Source of the DNA: Octopus vulgaris
Lineage: Eukaryota
Assembly (NCBI GenBank): GCA_951406725.2
Contig: OX597816.1
Coordinates: 113,336,001-113,400,000 of the forward strand
Direction of reading: 5' to 3'
DNA length: 64,000 nucleotides
The notes beneath the pieces were generated by a model that saw only the letters and a list, made by a program, of their open reading frames with translations, was not told where the DNA came from and searched no databases. Both the position numbers and the translations under genes were made by a program. Numbering within the stretch: the first letter of the stretch is position 1; every line of letters starts with the position of its first letter. Of the stretch, positions 13,695-27,523 are shown one piece after another.

Positions 13695-15360
13695 CAAAGG
13701 CTTTGTTAATATTAGTAGCAACAAACTGGTAGAAATAGTATTATGTTGATTAACTGGTTTACAATATGTACTTTCAGTTTTTTGTAAATTTTGATTTCAA
13801 ATTCCATCAGAATCAACTCTGGTTTATCATCATCATCATTATCGCTTAACGTTCGTTTTCCATGCTAGCATGGGTTGGACAGTTTGACCGGTGTCTGGGA
13901 AACCAGGAGGCTGCGCCAGGCTCCAGTCTGATCTGGCAGTGTTTCTACAGCTGCAAAAAACACTGCCAGATCAGACTGGAGCCTGGTGCAGCCTCCTGGC
14001 TTCCCAGACCCCGGTCGAACCGTCCAACCCATACTATTGTTAGTAATGCAATAGTCATTTTCATATCCCTCTCATAGTAATAATTAGCACTGTCCTTAAA
14101 TATTGAGTACTAATTAAGATTAATAGCAACTGATTAGTTTGCTGTTACACATTTTTTTTTTCAAACTTAAGTTACAAATCATGAGGATTTTGCTTTATTG
14201 ATGAGTGATTGTAGACAGCATTATAATTCCTTGGAAATTTCGAAATGTGAAAACTATTAGGTAGCAGTTAAGATCAATGATCTCCTCTCATTAAAGGAGG
14301 CACATAGATAGTAATAAACTTCCTCGATGACTACAGAGAAGAAAAGAAAGCAGAGAGATAGAATATTGATGGGTGCTTAATTGCACAATAAATTTGTGAG
14401 TTTAATCAATTGACTACTTTTAATGTTCTCATAAATGCTTGAGCAGTTTTAATAAACCATTCATCTTTGCCTAGCTTTCTCACTGCCCACCAGATTACTG
14501 AATAAACCTTCTCTAAGCCAACAATATTTAACATTTTTTCCATTTCTCACAAAATGCTTGTCTCACAGTAGTTATCTATCAATTCTAACAAATTAATGCG
14601 CAGCCAATCAACCTGCTGGTAATAGCAATCAAATCATCGCAACAAAAAGGAAAAACAGATACAATAGGTAACATAGTTCTAGATACTCCCAAAAATGTCA
14701 TGATGGAAAAAAATTAAAAGTATTTGCAAGAATGAAAGAAAAACTTCTAATTCTATATTTTAATATAGAGGTTTGATCACTAATCTAGAAAGTAGGCAAG
14801 GAAGAATAATTTGTGAAAATTGTTCAAGCATTTATGAGAACATTCAAAGTAGAGTCACTTCTGTGAACTCATGATTTTATTGTGCAGAAAAGCATCCATC
14901 TATGTTCTATATCTCTGCTTTCTTTTCTCCGTTGTAGTATTTGAAAATAATTTATTAACTTCTAAGAGCTTCATTCTATGAGAGGAATTCATTGCTTTCA
15001 TCTTCAACATTTCCAAGAAATTCTGATAATTCAACCAGTAACCTTAATGTATTATGTATCTGTTGCTGTCTTCGGTGACCATCTACATGATAAAGTCATG
15101 TTTTATAACCTTTAGAAACTAATTTATTGGTTATTAAAGTTTATTTGCACTCAACATCTGTCTAAGAACAGTGCTAATTTTTTTACTATCAGAGTGATAT
15201 GGAAATAACTAGTGTATAACTAATAATATAAACCAGAGATAATTTTGGTAGGATTTGAACTAAGAACTTATGAAAATGAAACTACATACTGTAACCTAGT
15301 TAATCCACCATACTATAATTTCTGTCAGACTGTTGCTATTAATATTACCAAAGCTTTTCA
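13695..15360. repeat. Long diverged inverted duplication (arms about 13695-14480 and 14785-15360)
   Basis: Multiple collinear reverse-complement blocks, e.g. aatgttctcataaatgcttga / tcaagcatttatgagaacatt, gaaaagaaagcagaga / tctctgctttcttttc, aattagcactgt / acagtgctaatt. Confidence 0.8.
13870..14032. repeat. Near-perfect palindrome made from an RTE-tail repeat
   Basis: About 75-80-bp arms (atgggttggac...gcagtgttt / aaacactgc...gtccaacccat) centred on CAGCTG. Confidence 0.9.
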
Positions 15361-15599
15361 TGATAAATCTCCTCATCCAGGCCAAATCTAGTGTTAAACA
15401 ATGTCAATTAACCCTACAGTACAATGATTCTTACTTTGTAATCAATGAATTTGTGCATCTCCTTCCTTTGCTATCCTGATAATTATCAAGGAAAACTACT
15501 TTGTGCATAATTTGACTTTTTACTAAGTAAGAAACTAGTACAAATACTCATTTGCCCTCTTTATCTGGGTTATCAGTAAAGAAACATCCCAAGCACACT

Positions 15600-16092
15600 T
15601 TTCTATCAACAACAGTTTAAGGAAGGCAGATCTCTAGTCAGGACATGACGTGTAGACACGTTTTCCAGCTCCAACCTTTCGGCATCTGCTGCAAATCTGA
15701 GTGTCACTTGCCTGTTACACAAAAGAGAAAAAATCAGTAAATGCAGGGGCCTAACCAGCTGTTATCAGTTTGCGCTGGTCACCATCAAGACAGCAGGTGT
15801 TCTAGGGACCCTGTACTACCAATTTCTTCTTTCAAAATAGGGATAATGGCAGCCTGTCAAAAAAATGAGCCCTAAGAGGTGAAGTGGCTGCTGCAGCGAG
15901 TATCACTGCACTGACCATTCTCTGCAGCAATGCCATCACGGTCATTACCGCAGGGCACGGCTGAGCACCCCACTTGTTCTGCGATATCTATTTCTTCACC
16001 CCCTCTCCCTATATCTTCTGCTACTTTTTTTTCTTTTTCTTTTCTTTACTTATCTCTGTTTCTTTGTATTTAAGTGTTCTAATAAAATAAAC
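15600..16092 (+). mobile_element. CRE-clade-like non-LTR element 3' fragment (restriction-like endonuclease)
   Basis: Degenerate translation GRSLVxDMTCVDTF...YQFALVTIKTAGVLG...EVKWLLQRVSL, ending in an A-rich tail. Confidence 0.55.
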
Positions 16093-18620
16093 CATTTGAT
16101 CTAATATTATCTCTTGACACACATCTCCAACTCTCTATACTTGATGCTTCTCATCTTCACAACTATATAAACTTGATAACTTAATTTTCGCCTCACTTTT
16201 AGTTATCATCATTGTTTAGCTCATGTCAGCCCTCATCAAGGGCAGTCCTCTGAACAAAAAACCTTTTAACTATAGCTGTTCTATAATTTTCATATATCCA
16301 ACACTACATTGTAGTCATCACAATCCCTGCATATTGTATGTATGTCTATGACTACACTGTCCATTATGTCACTAAATTTTTTGTCATTTTTTGGAGGATT
16401 TTTTTTTCAGACAGTAAGATAAGATTTGAGAAGTTTGATCTGCTATTTCTAGCAAGTTGAGTAACCAGGTAGAGATTCCTTTATTGACTCCTGCTGGCCT
16501 CTAGTTATATTTAAGATGGAAAGCGTTTGTGATCATAATCATTTGTTTGTCTCTCTTTTTTCTAAACAGATCATAGTTGATCAGGCTTTCAGACCCATCT
16601 GACCAGTAGTTAGGTCAACAGCTGGCTACTAGTACCTGTAGCACCATCCATCCTTAATATTTCCTGACACTGCCAATAACACCTTCTGACTATAATTACG
16701 GCATATATGTCCTCATCCTTTAACCTTTTAGCATTCACATTACTCTGTCAAATATAATGCTTATTTATTCCTTTACTTGCTTCAATCATTAGACAGTGGC
16801 CATATTGGGACACCATCTTGAATTTTTAGTCGAATTAATCGACCCCAGTACTTATTTAAGGCTGAGGTTTATACTATAAATCACTTTCTTGAACTGCTAG
16901 GTTACGGGGGACACAAATGCACTGGCACTGGTTGTCAAGTGATGGTGGTGGGACAAACACAGACATAAAGACACACACACACATAGATATGTGTGTATGT
17001 GTATATATATATATATATATATAAAAACAGGCATCTTTCAGTTTCCATTGAACAAATCTGCTCACAAAGCTTTGGTTGGCCTGAGGCTATTCTAGAAGAC
17101 ACTTGCCCAAGGTGCCACGAAACTGAGTTTTCAATGATATAATTATTTATTTTTAGAATGACATTGTAGGGTAGGTGTAAAAAGCCAGACCTGGCCAATT
17201 TGAACATAAAACAGGTAGAATATTGGGGCTTGATATGACCATTTTAAATGCTAAAGTATTAAGGTAGTTAATGCTCACCAACTCCTTTATAGAGCCTGTT
17301 ACTTCAGTTAATTCAAGTTATATTCAGTTAATTCAAACACATACTGATATCATAGGTGTTACATTCTTTTGTTAATAGTCTTATTATAATTAAACCAAAC
17401 ACACTATCTTTTCCCTTCTCTGCTAATAGTATGCCTATGACTACAACATTAGTTTTACAATTGTTACCAGCCCAATACAGCATATAGTTATAGCCTCTAG
17501 CATTGCTGCTTTTGTTGCTTAGCCTCAAGTCAACCTTGACTGAGCAAACCTATGATTATAGACGTTCTAGTCATGACTATCCAATATTTTTAAGGTATCT
17601 AGAACTCAATCAATTAGTCTCTCCTTATTTAAGAAGGTGAAGGAGGGAGTGATTTCAAGGTAATTTGACTGCTATTTATATCAAGTTGAGCTATCATGCA
17701 GAGACTCTGGCATTGGCCTGGAGAGGCATTCCAATCATGACCATCCTGTCTTTTGAGTGTATCTCAACATTATTTCAATCTGTCTTTCATTGTTTAAGAC
17801 AGTAGGGTGTCATTTCTGAGGTATGGCTCCTATTTCTAGCAGGTCAACTGAGAACATAGAGGCTCCTTAGTTGACTCATCTTGACTCCCTACAGCAGTGA
17901 GCAGTGTTTCTCAAACTGGGGATACATACCTAACAGATGGGGAATGAGATTTCAGAATGCCAGGTAAGGGACAAATAAGCGAATAAAACTTGCAATAAAG
18001 TTCTAATTAAAGGCCTTTATACTATATACTAATTTTGTTCATGGTGAGGCACAAGTATTTTAAAATCGAAGTATGGTGTTGAATAGAATTGGTAGCGAAA
18101 CACTACCTTACTGAGATCAATTTCAGTTACATATCTCTTTAGGGTGTCATGTATTTCTTTAGCCCAATCCCTATAAATAAATCTAGTTTCCAAAATCCTT
18201 ACATACCAGTTACTACCATCACTACTACCACCACCAGCTCTTCTTCATTATTCTCCTATTTCCGAAATGAGACTAAGTTAATAAGAGAGAAATGTTGTCT
18301 ATACTTTTCCTGATATAAATAAGCAAATATGAAAACAAAACACATTTTCTCTTCCTCTTTGCTGCTTAACAACTATTTTTATGGGTAGGATGTAACATGC
18401 AAATTTAAAGATTTCCAGTGCAAGAGAGAGGGGGAATTATTTTTGAAGTCAGTTTGTTGCCCTTATTGATAAGGAGTCAATTGTGAAAGGTGTAGCCTGA
18501 AGCAAACAGAGTTATGTACCTTGCCTCCTAAGTGCATCACAAAATAACTATACTTTCAAGCTTAAATCTATGCTAAACTAAAAAAAGCTGATGATGTCTA
18601 GAATGTAAACATGTACTTAC

Positions 18621-18748
18621 CATTATGCTCTGAAATTGTTATAATAGTATTGTTTCTGGTGGCTTTGACGTGAGCTATATGCAAGTGCTTGAAGGGTACA
18701 CCATCAACTAGCATGTCAGGTGTTCTGAGAGTAGGGAAAATGTCAGGA
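18621..18748 (-). CDS. MRPS11: MRPS11 coding exon 3
   Basis: ttttccAG acceptor and GTAAGT donor. Reads NPDIFPTLRTPDMLVDGVPFKHLHIAHVKATRNNTIITISEHNG, which contains the uS11 HxxAxxNNTI motif. Confidence 0.95.
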
Positions 18749-19815
18749 CTGGAAAATATTTATTAAAAAAATGTATATAAAATTCATACTAAAACACATA
18801 CTATTTATTGTTATTATTTTCTGTTTACACAAGTAAAAAAAAAATAATGTATTTCGGTACTATTTAGTGTGCAGAAACTGTAAAGAACTCACACACTCAC
18901 ACTGTCTGTGTGTGTGTGTATGTGCATGCATGTATGTATGTGTGTTTTGCTTGTTTCAATCATTAGAATGTAGTCAAGCTGAAGCATCACCTTCAAGTGT
19001 TTAGTCAGATAAGTCACACACCCACCATTGTTTTTTAAAAGTTTGGGACTCCTTCTTTCTCTTTTTGCCAAATCACTAGGTTATTGAAGCATAAACAAAA
19101 TAACAGCAGTTGTCAGGTTGTGGTAAGTGGGCAAATAGAAAGATGTGTGCATGTGTGTGTATTAATGTTTGTTTTTTTGCGGAGTTATAAAAAACAATTT
19201 TACATTAATCCGATGGGTTACTCTATACTTTTGTAGAGTATGAATTTATTATTCTTATACAAGAATATTGTTGATAGTAATTTCAATACATTAGGAGTTA
19301 TTTTGCCTTCATATAGTCTATGTTGAGTTAAAATCATCTTTGGATGTGTGGATTTGAGTGGGGTGATAATTAGGTTTTTATGGAAAGGAGTTTTGAAAAA
19401 GAGTTTTTATTGATTAAATTTGGGGTAATGTTATTGTTTAGAATTTATTCATGTATTATTTCAACAAGTCCACAAGTGGGGTTTCTATGTGACAATTATT
19501 CAAATCAGCATCCAAATATCCCTCAAACAACACCTTAATGTCTTTTTTAAAAAATGGGAAGGATACATTTGATAATGTAGTGTTAGATACTTTATCACTA
19601 GAAAATATAAGAATAGGGTGGTCAAAGCTGGATTGCCTTTGAATACAGGTCTGCTCAATCCAGAAATGATCTGGGGCTAACTAATAATAATAATAATGGT
19701 ACGTTTTAACAATGAAACAATGAGGCTGTTATTTGGAAACAGTTAACAGAGGGATTTGAACTTTCAGAGATTAAATAAGTAAAAACAAAAACAAAAAGGA
19801 AGATAAAGATGTTAC

Positions 19816-19957
19816 TTGGAATCAACTTCAGCTGTGTCACTAAGATGTAATCGATCCTTAGTTTCCATTTGTGTCCATTTTTTGAGACGGTTATCCTTGT
19901 CCAACACTGTTCTTGGAAAGCTGATATGTATTGCTTGACTCAGAAGTAGTGGATTGC
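19816..19957 (-). CDS. MRPS11: MRPS11 coding exon 2
   Basis: AG/GT-bounded 142 nt, phase 1 in and phase 2 out. Open frame GNPLLLSQAIHISFPRTVLDKDNRLKKWTQMETKDRLHLSDTAEVDS joins exons 1 and 3 in frame. Confidence 0.78.
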
Positions 19958-21269
19958 CTGATTTTTAATAAATCAAATGTAAATAGTTCAAAATACTTAA
20001 CAGAAACAATTCGTCTAAATCTTATCTTTATACTTTCTAAAACTTTGTCTTTAAGTATTTGCTACAAATGATCACACCACAATCCCTTGTTTTCTCATCT
20101 TCTAATAGTAAACACACAAACACCACAGCTAAATCTTCAAATAATTCATCCACATTTGAGGAGTTTTATGCATCTCACAAAAAAGGAGAGAGAGAGACCA
20201 CTAACCTGGCAATCTGTAAGATCTAATCTAAACATTCTAAAAGGAAATGATATGGAATTAGTTTAAATTAAAGTTATATTTAACTATTATTTCAGTTAAT
20301 GCAATTAATTACAAGTGAAATATCAGAGCTGTTTACTCATGTTGATTGCATGAATCATGCAAATTTAATATAAAGTTGAAGGATCATTTTATTTTTCATG
20401 AAACAGTTTAACAACATATGCTATTTCTAAGCTTAAAAATAATATATTATTTCTTCAAATTCTTAAAATGATAACATTTATTTCCCATTTTACTTTTCAA
20501 GTAAAATACGTAACATTCTACATGTTTTCTGTTTTTCTACAATTGCCTCTTCTAATTAAACCAATGCCCCACCCCTTCATGTCTGCACATATCTCTTTTC
20601 TCATTACTTGTAGTCTCTATAAAGACAAACTCAATGTTTCTTCCACAAAATATTACTTTGGATTTAGATTTTGCCCAAATTTTCCATCCATCTTCATTTA
20701 AAATTAATTTGCATTAGTTTAAAGAAAATATTAACTACAGGCATAAGATGCAGTTTAGTTTAATTTCACCACCTGAACCGTAAGTTAATTTAATGCAAGC
20801 ACTCAGACCCAACCCTTAATTCTCTCCCCAACCAGATTCTTTACTGCAGTTATGGTATGAGTACTGATCCTCTTCTCCAGATTAACTTACATTTAAAAAA
20901 CAAATAAAATTATCATTAACCCAAAGCAATCTGGTGGTCAAGAAATATATAAAATATTCAAAGAGAAACAAAAAACAAGTAAAATTATTTTCACAACAAA
21001 AAGCAGTTACTTAGCAAACCAGTCGTTTTCTGAAAATGTCCTACTGAAAGCAGACAAACCAGTAAATGTATCATCCAAAGGAATGTAGGTTTGTGCCAAT
21101 GCTAAAACTATGGATAAAGATATTTGGGCTGGAAGTTACATTACAAATTCACTCAGCTTTTACTAATATAAAGGAACAGGCATAAGAAGTAATGAGGTAC
21201 TCAGTTAACTTTCACAAACCCAACCAAAATTTAAAAAATTTTTACAAGTATGCATCTCAGACTGCATCC

Positions 21270-21600
21270 CAATGAAGGCTGTTCAACAGATTGACAAGGA
21301 TTCAGTTATGAATACCTTGCTTCAGCCATTGGCTCACAGACAAACACAATTTGCTCCCTCTACCTCGTCTATTATTACTACAATAGGTTCTGCCTCTGAA
21401 ATAGTTACCTGTACACCTTTTTCCACCACAACTACATGACTCTCTTCCTCTTGTCATTCCAACTATGTCCTCACCTCTCAGATCCTACACAAAATACTTT
21501 TTCTCTTTTTCCTTTCTCCTCGGCACAGCAACCTTCTGCAATTATTTCTCTGCAAACATTGAGCTACTGGTATTGAAACTATGGACTACAATGTCAGTAG
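21270..21600 (+). mobile_element. Degenerate LINE (CR1/L2-like) 3' fragment
   Basis: LQPLAHR...SLYLVYYYYN-like C-terminal ORF2 remnant. A similar remnant lies on the minus strand at about 24730-24960. Confidence 0.4.
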
Positions 21601-22238
21601 TTTGGAAGAGCGTGCAAAGGTCTTAGGCACTGCTCCACTTCCACTGAGTATCTTAAAGAAAAATATCTTCTGCTTCACAAAATGCTACTACACTTATAGA
21701 ACAAGAACAAACTTACAATGACCAAACAGTGAATCCACTTTCAGAGTGTTGCATTGCACACTGTAAATCTTGTTAGCATACCAGCATGGAAGGATAATGA
21801 TAATGAAAAGATTTGAAAACATTGTATTTCTAAAGATACATTAAATAACTGTCTCAAAATTCCTAAGGATTTGACAAAGAGCCAAATTAGTCTAATAAAA
21901 TGAATAAATTAATAAATCAATAACCAATGCTGAAATATTGAATTTTTCAAATCAGAGAAATATATGAGTTCATGACTTGCTGATAGGTGCAACAATTATT
22001 GTATGATTAATTGCAGAATTTAGAGTAATTGACATAAATTTCTTAAACCATTATTTAGTCAGAAGAGGAGGAGAGAAAATACCCATCACCAAAAGTAGGT
22101 CCTCTTAGACAATTAAAGTAATAAAGTAATGATGTAAATAATTACATTATGAAGCAAAATCCCCCAAATATCATTTGTGATATATAAGAGTGTTATGTTA
22201 AGAGTACCATAGATTAGCTCCTAGCAGTCAAATCTTAA

Positions 22239-22458
22239 CCCTTTAGTATTCAAATTAATATGTCATAAGTAATCCTTATTCATTTACATTTTAAAAAATT
22301 AATCTGGTATTATCTTGTAGCTTCAAGATTTGAAAGATGTAATTGTTTATTTTTAGAATTACATTGCAGGGTAGGTGTGAGATACTGGTTCTGGCCAGTT
22401 TGAACATAAAATGAGTAGAATATTCGGGCCGGATATAGCTGGTTTAAACACTAAAGGG
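22239..22458. mobile_element. piggyBac-type MITE family B
   Basis: TTAA|CCCTTTAG...CTAAAGGG|TTAA. Related copies at 10612-10795 and at 16724-17258 (the latter interrupted by a SINE). Confidence 0.8.
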
Positions 22459-22830
22459 TTAAATCTGGTTTTCCTTGCTGAATGTAATTGGTTTACTTTT
22501 AGATAAGTAACACTTATATGTAAAACATGGACAGCACCTTCTTATTCCCCTCTCACATAAGTATGAGGCCTTGTGCCTATACAAAATACCAGAAATCAAT
22601 ATTTAATGGCCACACAACTAAACTTGTCTGATCATAGGAGATATCTTCACTGCTGAATTCCCCACAACAAAAGATTAATGACCTCTAAAAATGAAACCTA
22701 GAAATCTAGACATAATAATCATTACAAAAAAGATAATTTTAAATGCTTGTAATTTAGAACACACTAAATTAAATAGCATAATTTTAAAAGCAAATGCAAA
22801 AACAAAGTGAAAAATAAGAGTGATACTTAC

Positions 22831-22909
22831 CACTGACAGATAAAACTTTGTTTTTCAAGGGAGAACTTACACATGACTGTCCAAGATTTCGTAACACTGA
22901 GGACAACAT
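22831..22909 (-). CDS. MRPS11: MRPS11 coding exon 1 (mitochondrial targeting peptide start)
   Basis: Acceptor tttcatttacAG at 22915-22914 and ATG at 22909. Reads MLSSVLRNLGQSCVSSPLKNKVLSVS-G (basic, Ser/Leu-rich, no acidic residues). Donor GTAAGT at 22830, phase 1. Confidence 0.8.
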
Positions 22910-23816
22910 TATTCTGTAAATGAAACAAAAAGTGATTGGAATAAATATACAAGAAAGAGACAAGATAAAATGAATACTTTTATATTACAAAATTTTAGTT
23001 TTGTATAACTGTTCATTAGTTTGTTTAAATATATTTTAGCAATTCACAAAAACAAACTAAATCAGGATAATAAATGAGTAAACTGATGGATATGAAATAA
23101 ATGAAGAGATTTTAATTATTCAGCAGCTAAGTATAACAACAACATCAACAACAATAAAAACATAAACAAAACAAACTGATCAAAAAAATCTTGTTTCTTT
23201 TGAGAGAAGAATAAAGTTGTTTTTGGAATTTGTAATATAAACATTTATATTCATGAATTCAGAAGGATTTTTTTCCCCATTTGGAATACAACAGGTTTAT
23301 TTATACAAGAAAGTGTTAACCTGTTAGTATATTGCAATGCAAATTTTACTAATGGAAACTGATGAAATTTTGTGAAATACTTTATATAAATAAAAGATAT
23401 GAAAATACTCTTTCATTGTTTATTTGTGTTTCTCTTTCTTCTGGTGAGATGAAGTCAGTTCAAAATCATCCAAATATTCCATTTTCTTTTTTTCCTTTTA
23501 ATAGTTTAGTCAGAGAACAAAGAGTAACACTCATGCCCCTTTTTAAGGATCTTCTTATCATAAGTCTCCCTGTGATAAGTGGAAAGAAGAGAGGAAGTTG
23601 TACTCAGACCAGAGACCAGACATGAATGCTTATAAAAGGTGTACTCTGCCAAAAGTACACAAGGGCCAGATGGTGGTAAAATGGATACCTAATTAATTCT
23701 ACTATCCAAGAACAGGAATGGTCTCTCCACGGAGCTTCCACAAAGTTTCCAGTTACTAAATGTCACACAAAGTTTTGGTCAACATGAGGCTATAGAGAAA
23801 AAAAAACTGTTGTTAA

Positions 23817-24036
23817 CCCTTTTGTTACTGTATTTATTTTGAGATGCTCTGTGTTTCTTTCAATTATTTTAAATATAACAAAGAATTTAGTAAAACAACT
23901 TAGTTATCATTAAGCTAGTGTTTGGAACATAAATTGTGACTAAGGCTTGGTGGAATATTTTAATTCAAAACCTATGAAAACAAGACATTTTACCACAGAG
24001 CCAGAGCCGGTTTTGGCCGGGTTAGTAACAAAAGGG
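23817..24036. mobile_element. piggyBac-type MITE family A (inverted relative to 9981-10200)
   Basis: TTAA target duplications and CCCTTTTGTTAC TIRs. Confidence 0.85.
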
Positions 24037-26879
24037 TTAAAGGTGCTGCTGCTCATTGGGACTGAACCTCAAAACCATTTTGTATTAAAACAAACGTCTT
24101 AATTACATAGCTAAAACAAGAGCAGGTAGTTGATGGTTTTAGGATTACATACTTGCAGAAACCCAACAGATGGGAAAATCCATGATTAAAAAATGAAACT
24201 AGTTATTATACGAGGGATTAACAGCATGTTATAATATGTTTATTTCATTAAGCTTTCTAAAATAAAAAGGTAAAAAAAAAAATGTACATTGTAATAATGC
24301 TTACATTTTAATACTATTAAAACATTATAACCAATCTGAAACAGAAAAGAGCAATATGCCTTTTTCTCTCTTGGATTTGCTTATAATGTTTATTAGATAA
24401 TTTTGAAAATCATACCAGGTTATTTACCTTTAACTTGTTTCACTCATTGGATTACAGTCATGCCAAGGTACTACTTTGAAGGGCTTAGTCAAACAAATTG
24501 ACTCCAGTACTTTTTTTCCTGAACCAATAAGTTATGGGCTTCTTTCAGTTTCCATCTAAATTCACTTACTAGGTACCACGCAGTGAAACTGAGCCCAGAA
24601 CCATGTGGTTGGGAAGCAAACTTCTTACTACACAGCCTGCATTTGTTCAGTATCAGAAAATGCCAAGTCACATGTTAATTTTTATTTCATTTTTTTTAAT
24701 ACTCAGTGGTTTGATTTCCATCACAAAGTAGGATGAGTAGATGACCTTCTTTTGGTTGTATGGTCTCAGATGTTTAGATGCATATTTAGCAGTAGCAGTG
24801 CTGTCCCAGATATAATGTGGACAATACTCTAATGTGGATTATACTTGACCTTTGTAGAGATTCACCAACTAATAGATACTGAATTACTTTCTGGCCACAA
24901 AGAGAAAACCTAGCTTTTAAAAGCAGTTTTAGTAATAGGTCAGATTGCAATGAGAGAGTTTTAATTGTACATTAGATTGCTACGAGAGAACAGCCATTTG
25001 GAAACCTAGCATCTAAAGCCACTTAGAAGATTTTAGTTGAGTTTTGCTTATTTGTAGAGTATACAATTGTTTCCTGGAGATGTATGGCAAATGTGTTTGT
25101 GCTGTTAAGAGTCTAGGTTTACATGTCCACCATATTTTGGCAGACTTTCAGAATAGCTGCTCCACTTTGGTTGGAATTTTTTCTTCATTCTGGCCAGGAT
25201 TTTTCGATTTTTGGGTGGGGGGATTACAGATTTCAAAACAATGTGGGAAGCCTTTGCTACCAAAAAAAAAACATCTTTTAAATCCATAGCTTTCAAACAT
25301 TTGCCCCTAGCCCCTTCCCTTCTAGAATCTTCATGACAACCATCACCACACATTTTTCCCCCCACGTTATGATATTCTATATTCTGAAACACATTTACTT
25401 TGAAATCTAAATTTCTTCCAACCACTTGAAGTTTTTCAAATTTTCACCAAATTATTTTCAAAAATGTAATTTGGATAACAAAAATTGCATTTCTTTTTTT
25501 TTTTTTTTCTAGAAACTTAATAAAACCAGTTACAAGCATTTAAAATTACATAATATTAGCCAGTCAAAGCTTCAAGTGCCAAATATTGGAAGTTGTAACT
25601 GTTTGTCCCTATAGGAGCAACATGCATGAAACCTTTATGTTAAATCTGCCTTTAAACTACACCATAATGTCTTAAAAACAAAATAGGGTTGGGGCAAAAG
25701 GAAAATGCATTGTGCCACATTTAATTTAAAGCCAATCACCACAGACATAATCTTTAATGAAGTCATCATCATCATCATTGTTTAACGTCGGTTTACCATG
25801 CTAGCATGGGTTGAACAGTTTGACCGGGTCTGGGAAGCCAGGCCGCACCAGACCCCAGTCTAATCTGTCAGTGTTTCTACAGCTGGATGCACTTCCTAAC
25901 GCCAACCACTACGTGAGTGTAGTGAGTGCTTTTTACGTGCCAGGGGAGGCTGGCAATGGCCACGATCAGTTAGTGCTTTTTACGTGCCACCGGCACACAC
26001 TGAGCGCCACAGATCAATAATAAATGCACTTTCTCATGGTTTAATAGAAAAAGGTGGCAGCGGCGGTGGTAATGGTAAAGAAAGAACTAGTTACCAAATG
26101 TTTTTGTATGAAGTATAGTGCTATGACAATGCTGCTGCTGGTATTAATTGATGATATTCTTTGTCTGCCACCAAACCTTGTAAAACAATTTTACCATAAG
26201 AGAAAGTACATTTAATATTGATTTGGGCACTCATTGAGTGTTTTAACGGTAGTAAGTTTGATAAAGGGTTTATACCCCTGGAGATTGACTTTCATTTAGT
26301 TATTATTACTAACACTCAACAAGAGGAAACCACTTGGGCCTGCCTCAAGCAAGAAAATAAGTGATGATGTGGCATGTGTCATCTCTTTCTGCTCTTTAGA
26401 CATTGTGGTGTAGTTTAAGGAAGCCATACCAAACAGTTCGAAAGAGGACGTAAAGGTTTGATGTATGCTGTTCCCATAGGGAAAGTCACAACTTCCTGTA
26501 TGTTTAGCAGTTGAGGCTTCAATTGGCTAAGATTGCATAATTTTAAATGCTTGTAACCATTATATTAATAATTTGTTGAATGTGATTTTTGTAATCAGCA
26601 TGTGCAACTGCATCAGATCTACATTTTGTTTTACAATAATCTGGTGAAAATTTGAAAAACTTCAAGCAGTTGGAAGAAATTTAATAAGCTCCGTACTCAA
26701 CATTTTAAGAGCAAAAGCAAATTTTTTTATCCATATATTTTAAATGTCACCCCCACTCCCTCATACTTTTAGAACAGCAACCAGTTAACATGCAGTTTAC
26801 TGTTGTAAAAAAGGTGAAAGTAAATTGTTCTTAAAAAACCAGAAGTGACAACAATTTACTTTCCCATTTTATCATCTTT

Positions 26880-27130
26880 CTTCTTGGCGAGCATCCATGC
26901 TCCTTCTATAGCCTGTGTATGGATACTGCCATTTTTGGATCAGTAAAATTGAGGGAGTGATTGACACCTTCATGAGTATAGGTGTCAAGACTCACATTTG
27001 AAACCCACCCATCAGATATCAAATGTGTTCCTGGCAATATCCTATGCATTATAATGGGCCAATGTTTTGTACTAGCAATTGGAGTTGTTTTTTTTTTAGC
27101 AAATGTTGGTAGACCACAGCTGTCATGGTC
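26880..27130 (-). pseudogene. Merlin/IS1595(ISXO2)-like transposase remnant
   Basis: ILPGTHLISDGW...HEGVNHSLNFTDP, then after a frameshift HTQAIEGAWMLAKK. Confidence 0.75.
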
Positions 27131-27523
27131 GTTTTCTTTTGTTCTGTTTTGACAATTCCCCTGCACTTTATTTACAGCCATGAACTGCTTATTAACCAAG
27201 AAACAACCCAAATGATTTTTTTCTTTTCATTATTTTCAATCATTCCACACTTTCTGAAACACTTGGAATTCACATTAAAAAAATCTTATTCCTCTCCCTC
27301 CATTGAACTTTCCACAATTAAAATGAATATTTTTTTGTATCATTTCTTCTGTATTTTTCATGATTTTATTTTCTCATACTTTTCCTCAAATAACACAAAA
27401 ATTAAATTAAGAGAAAAACACAAAGCGAATATATTAACACCTGATTTGCATTGTCATAAACATCAAATCTAATTTTATATGCCACTTTTCATTTCCCACA
27501 CAAGACAAAAACAAACAGAAATA

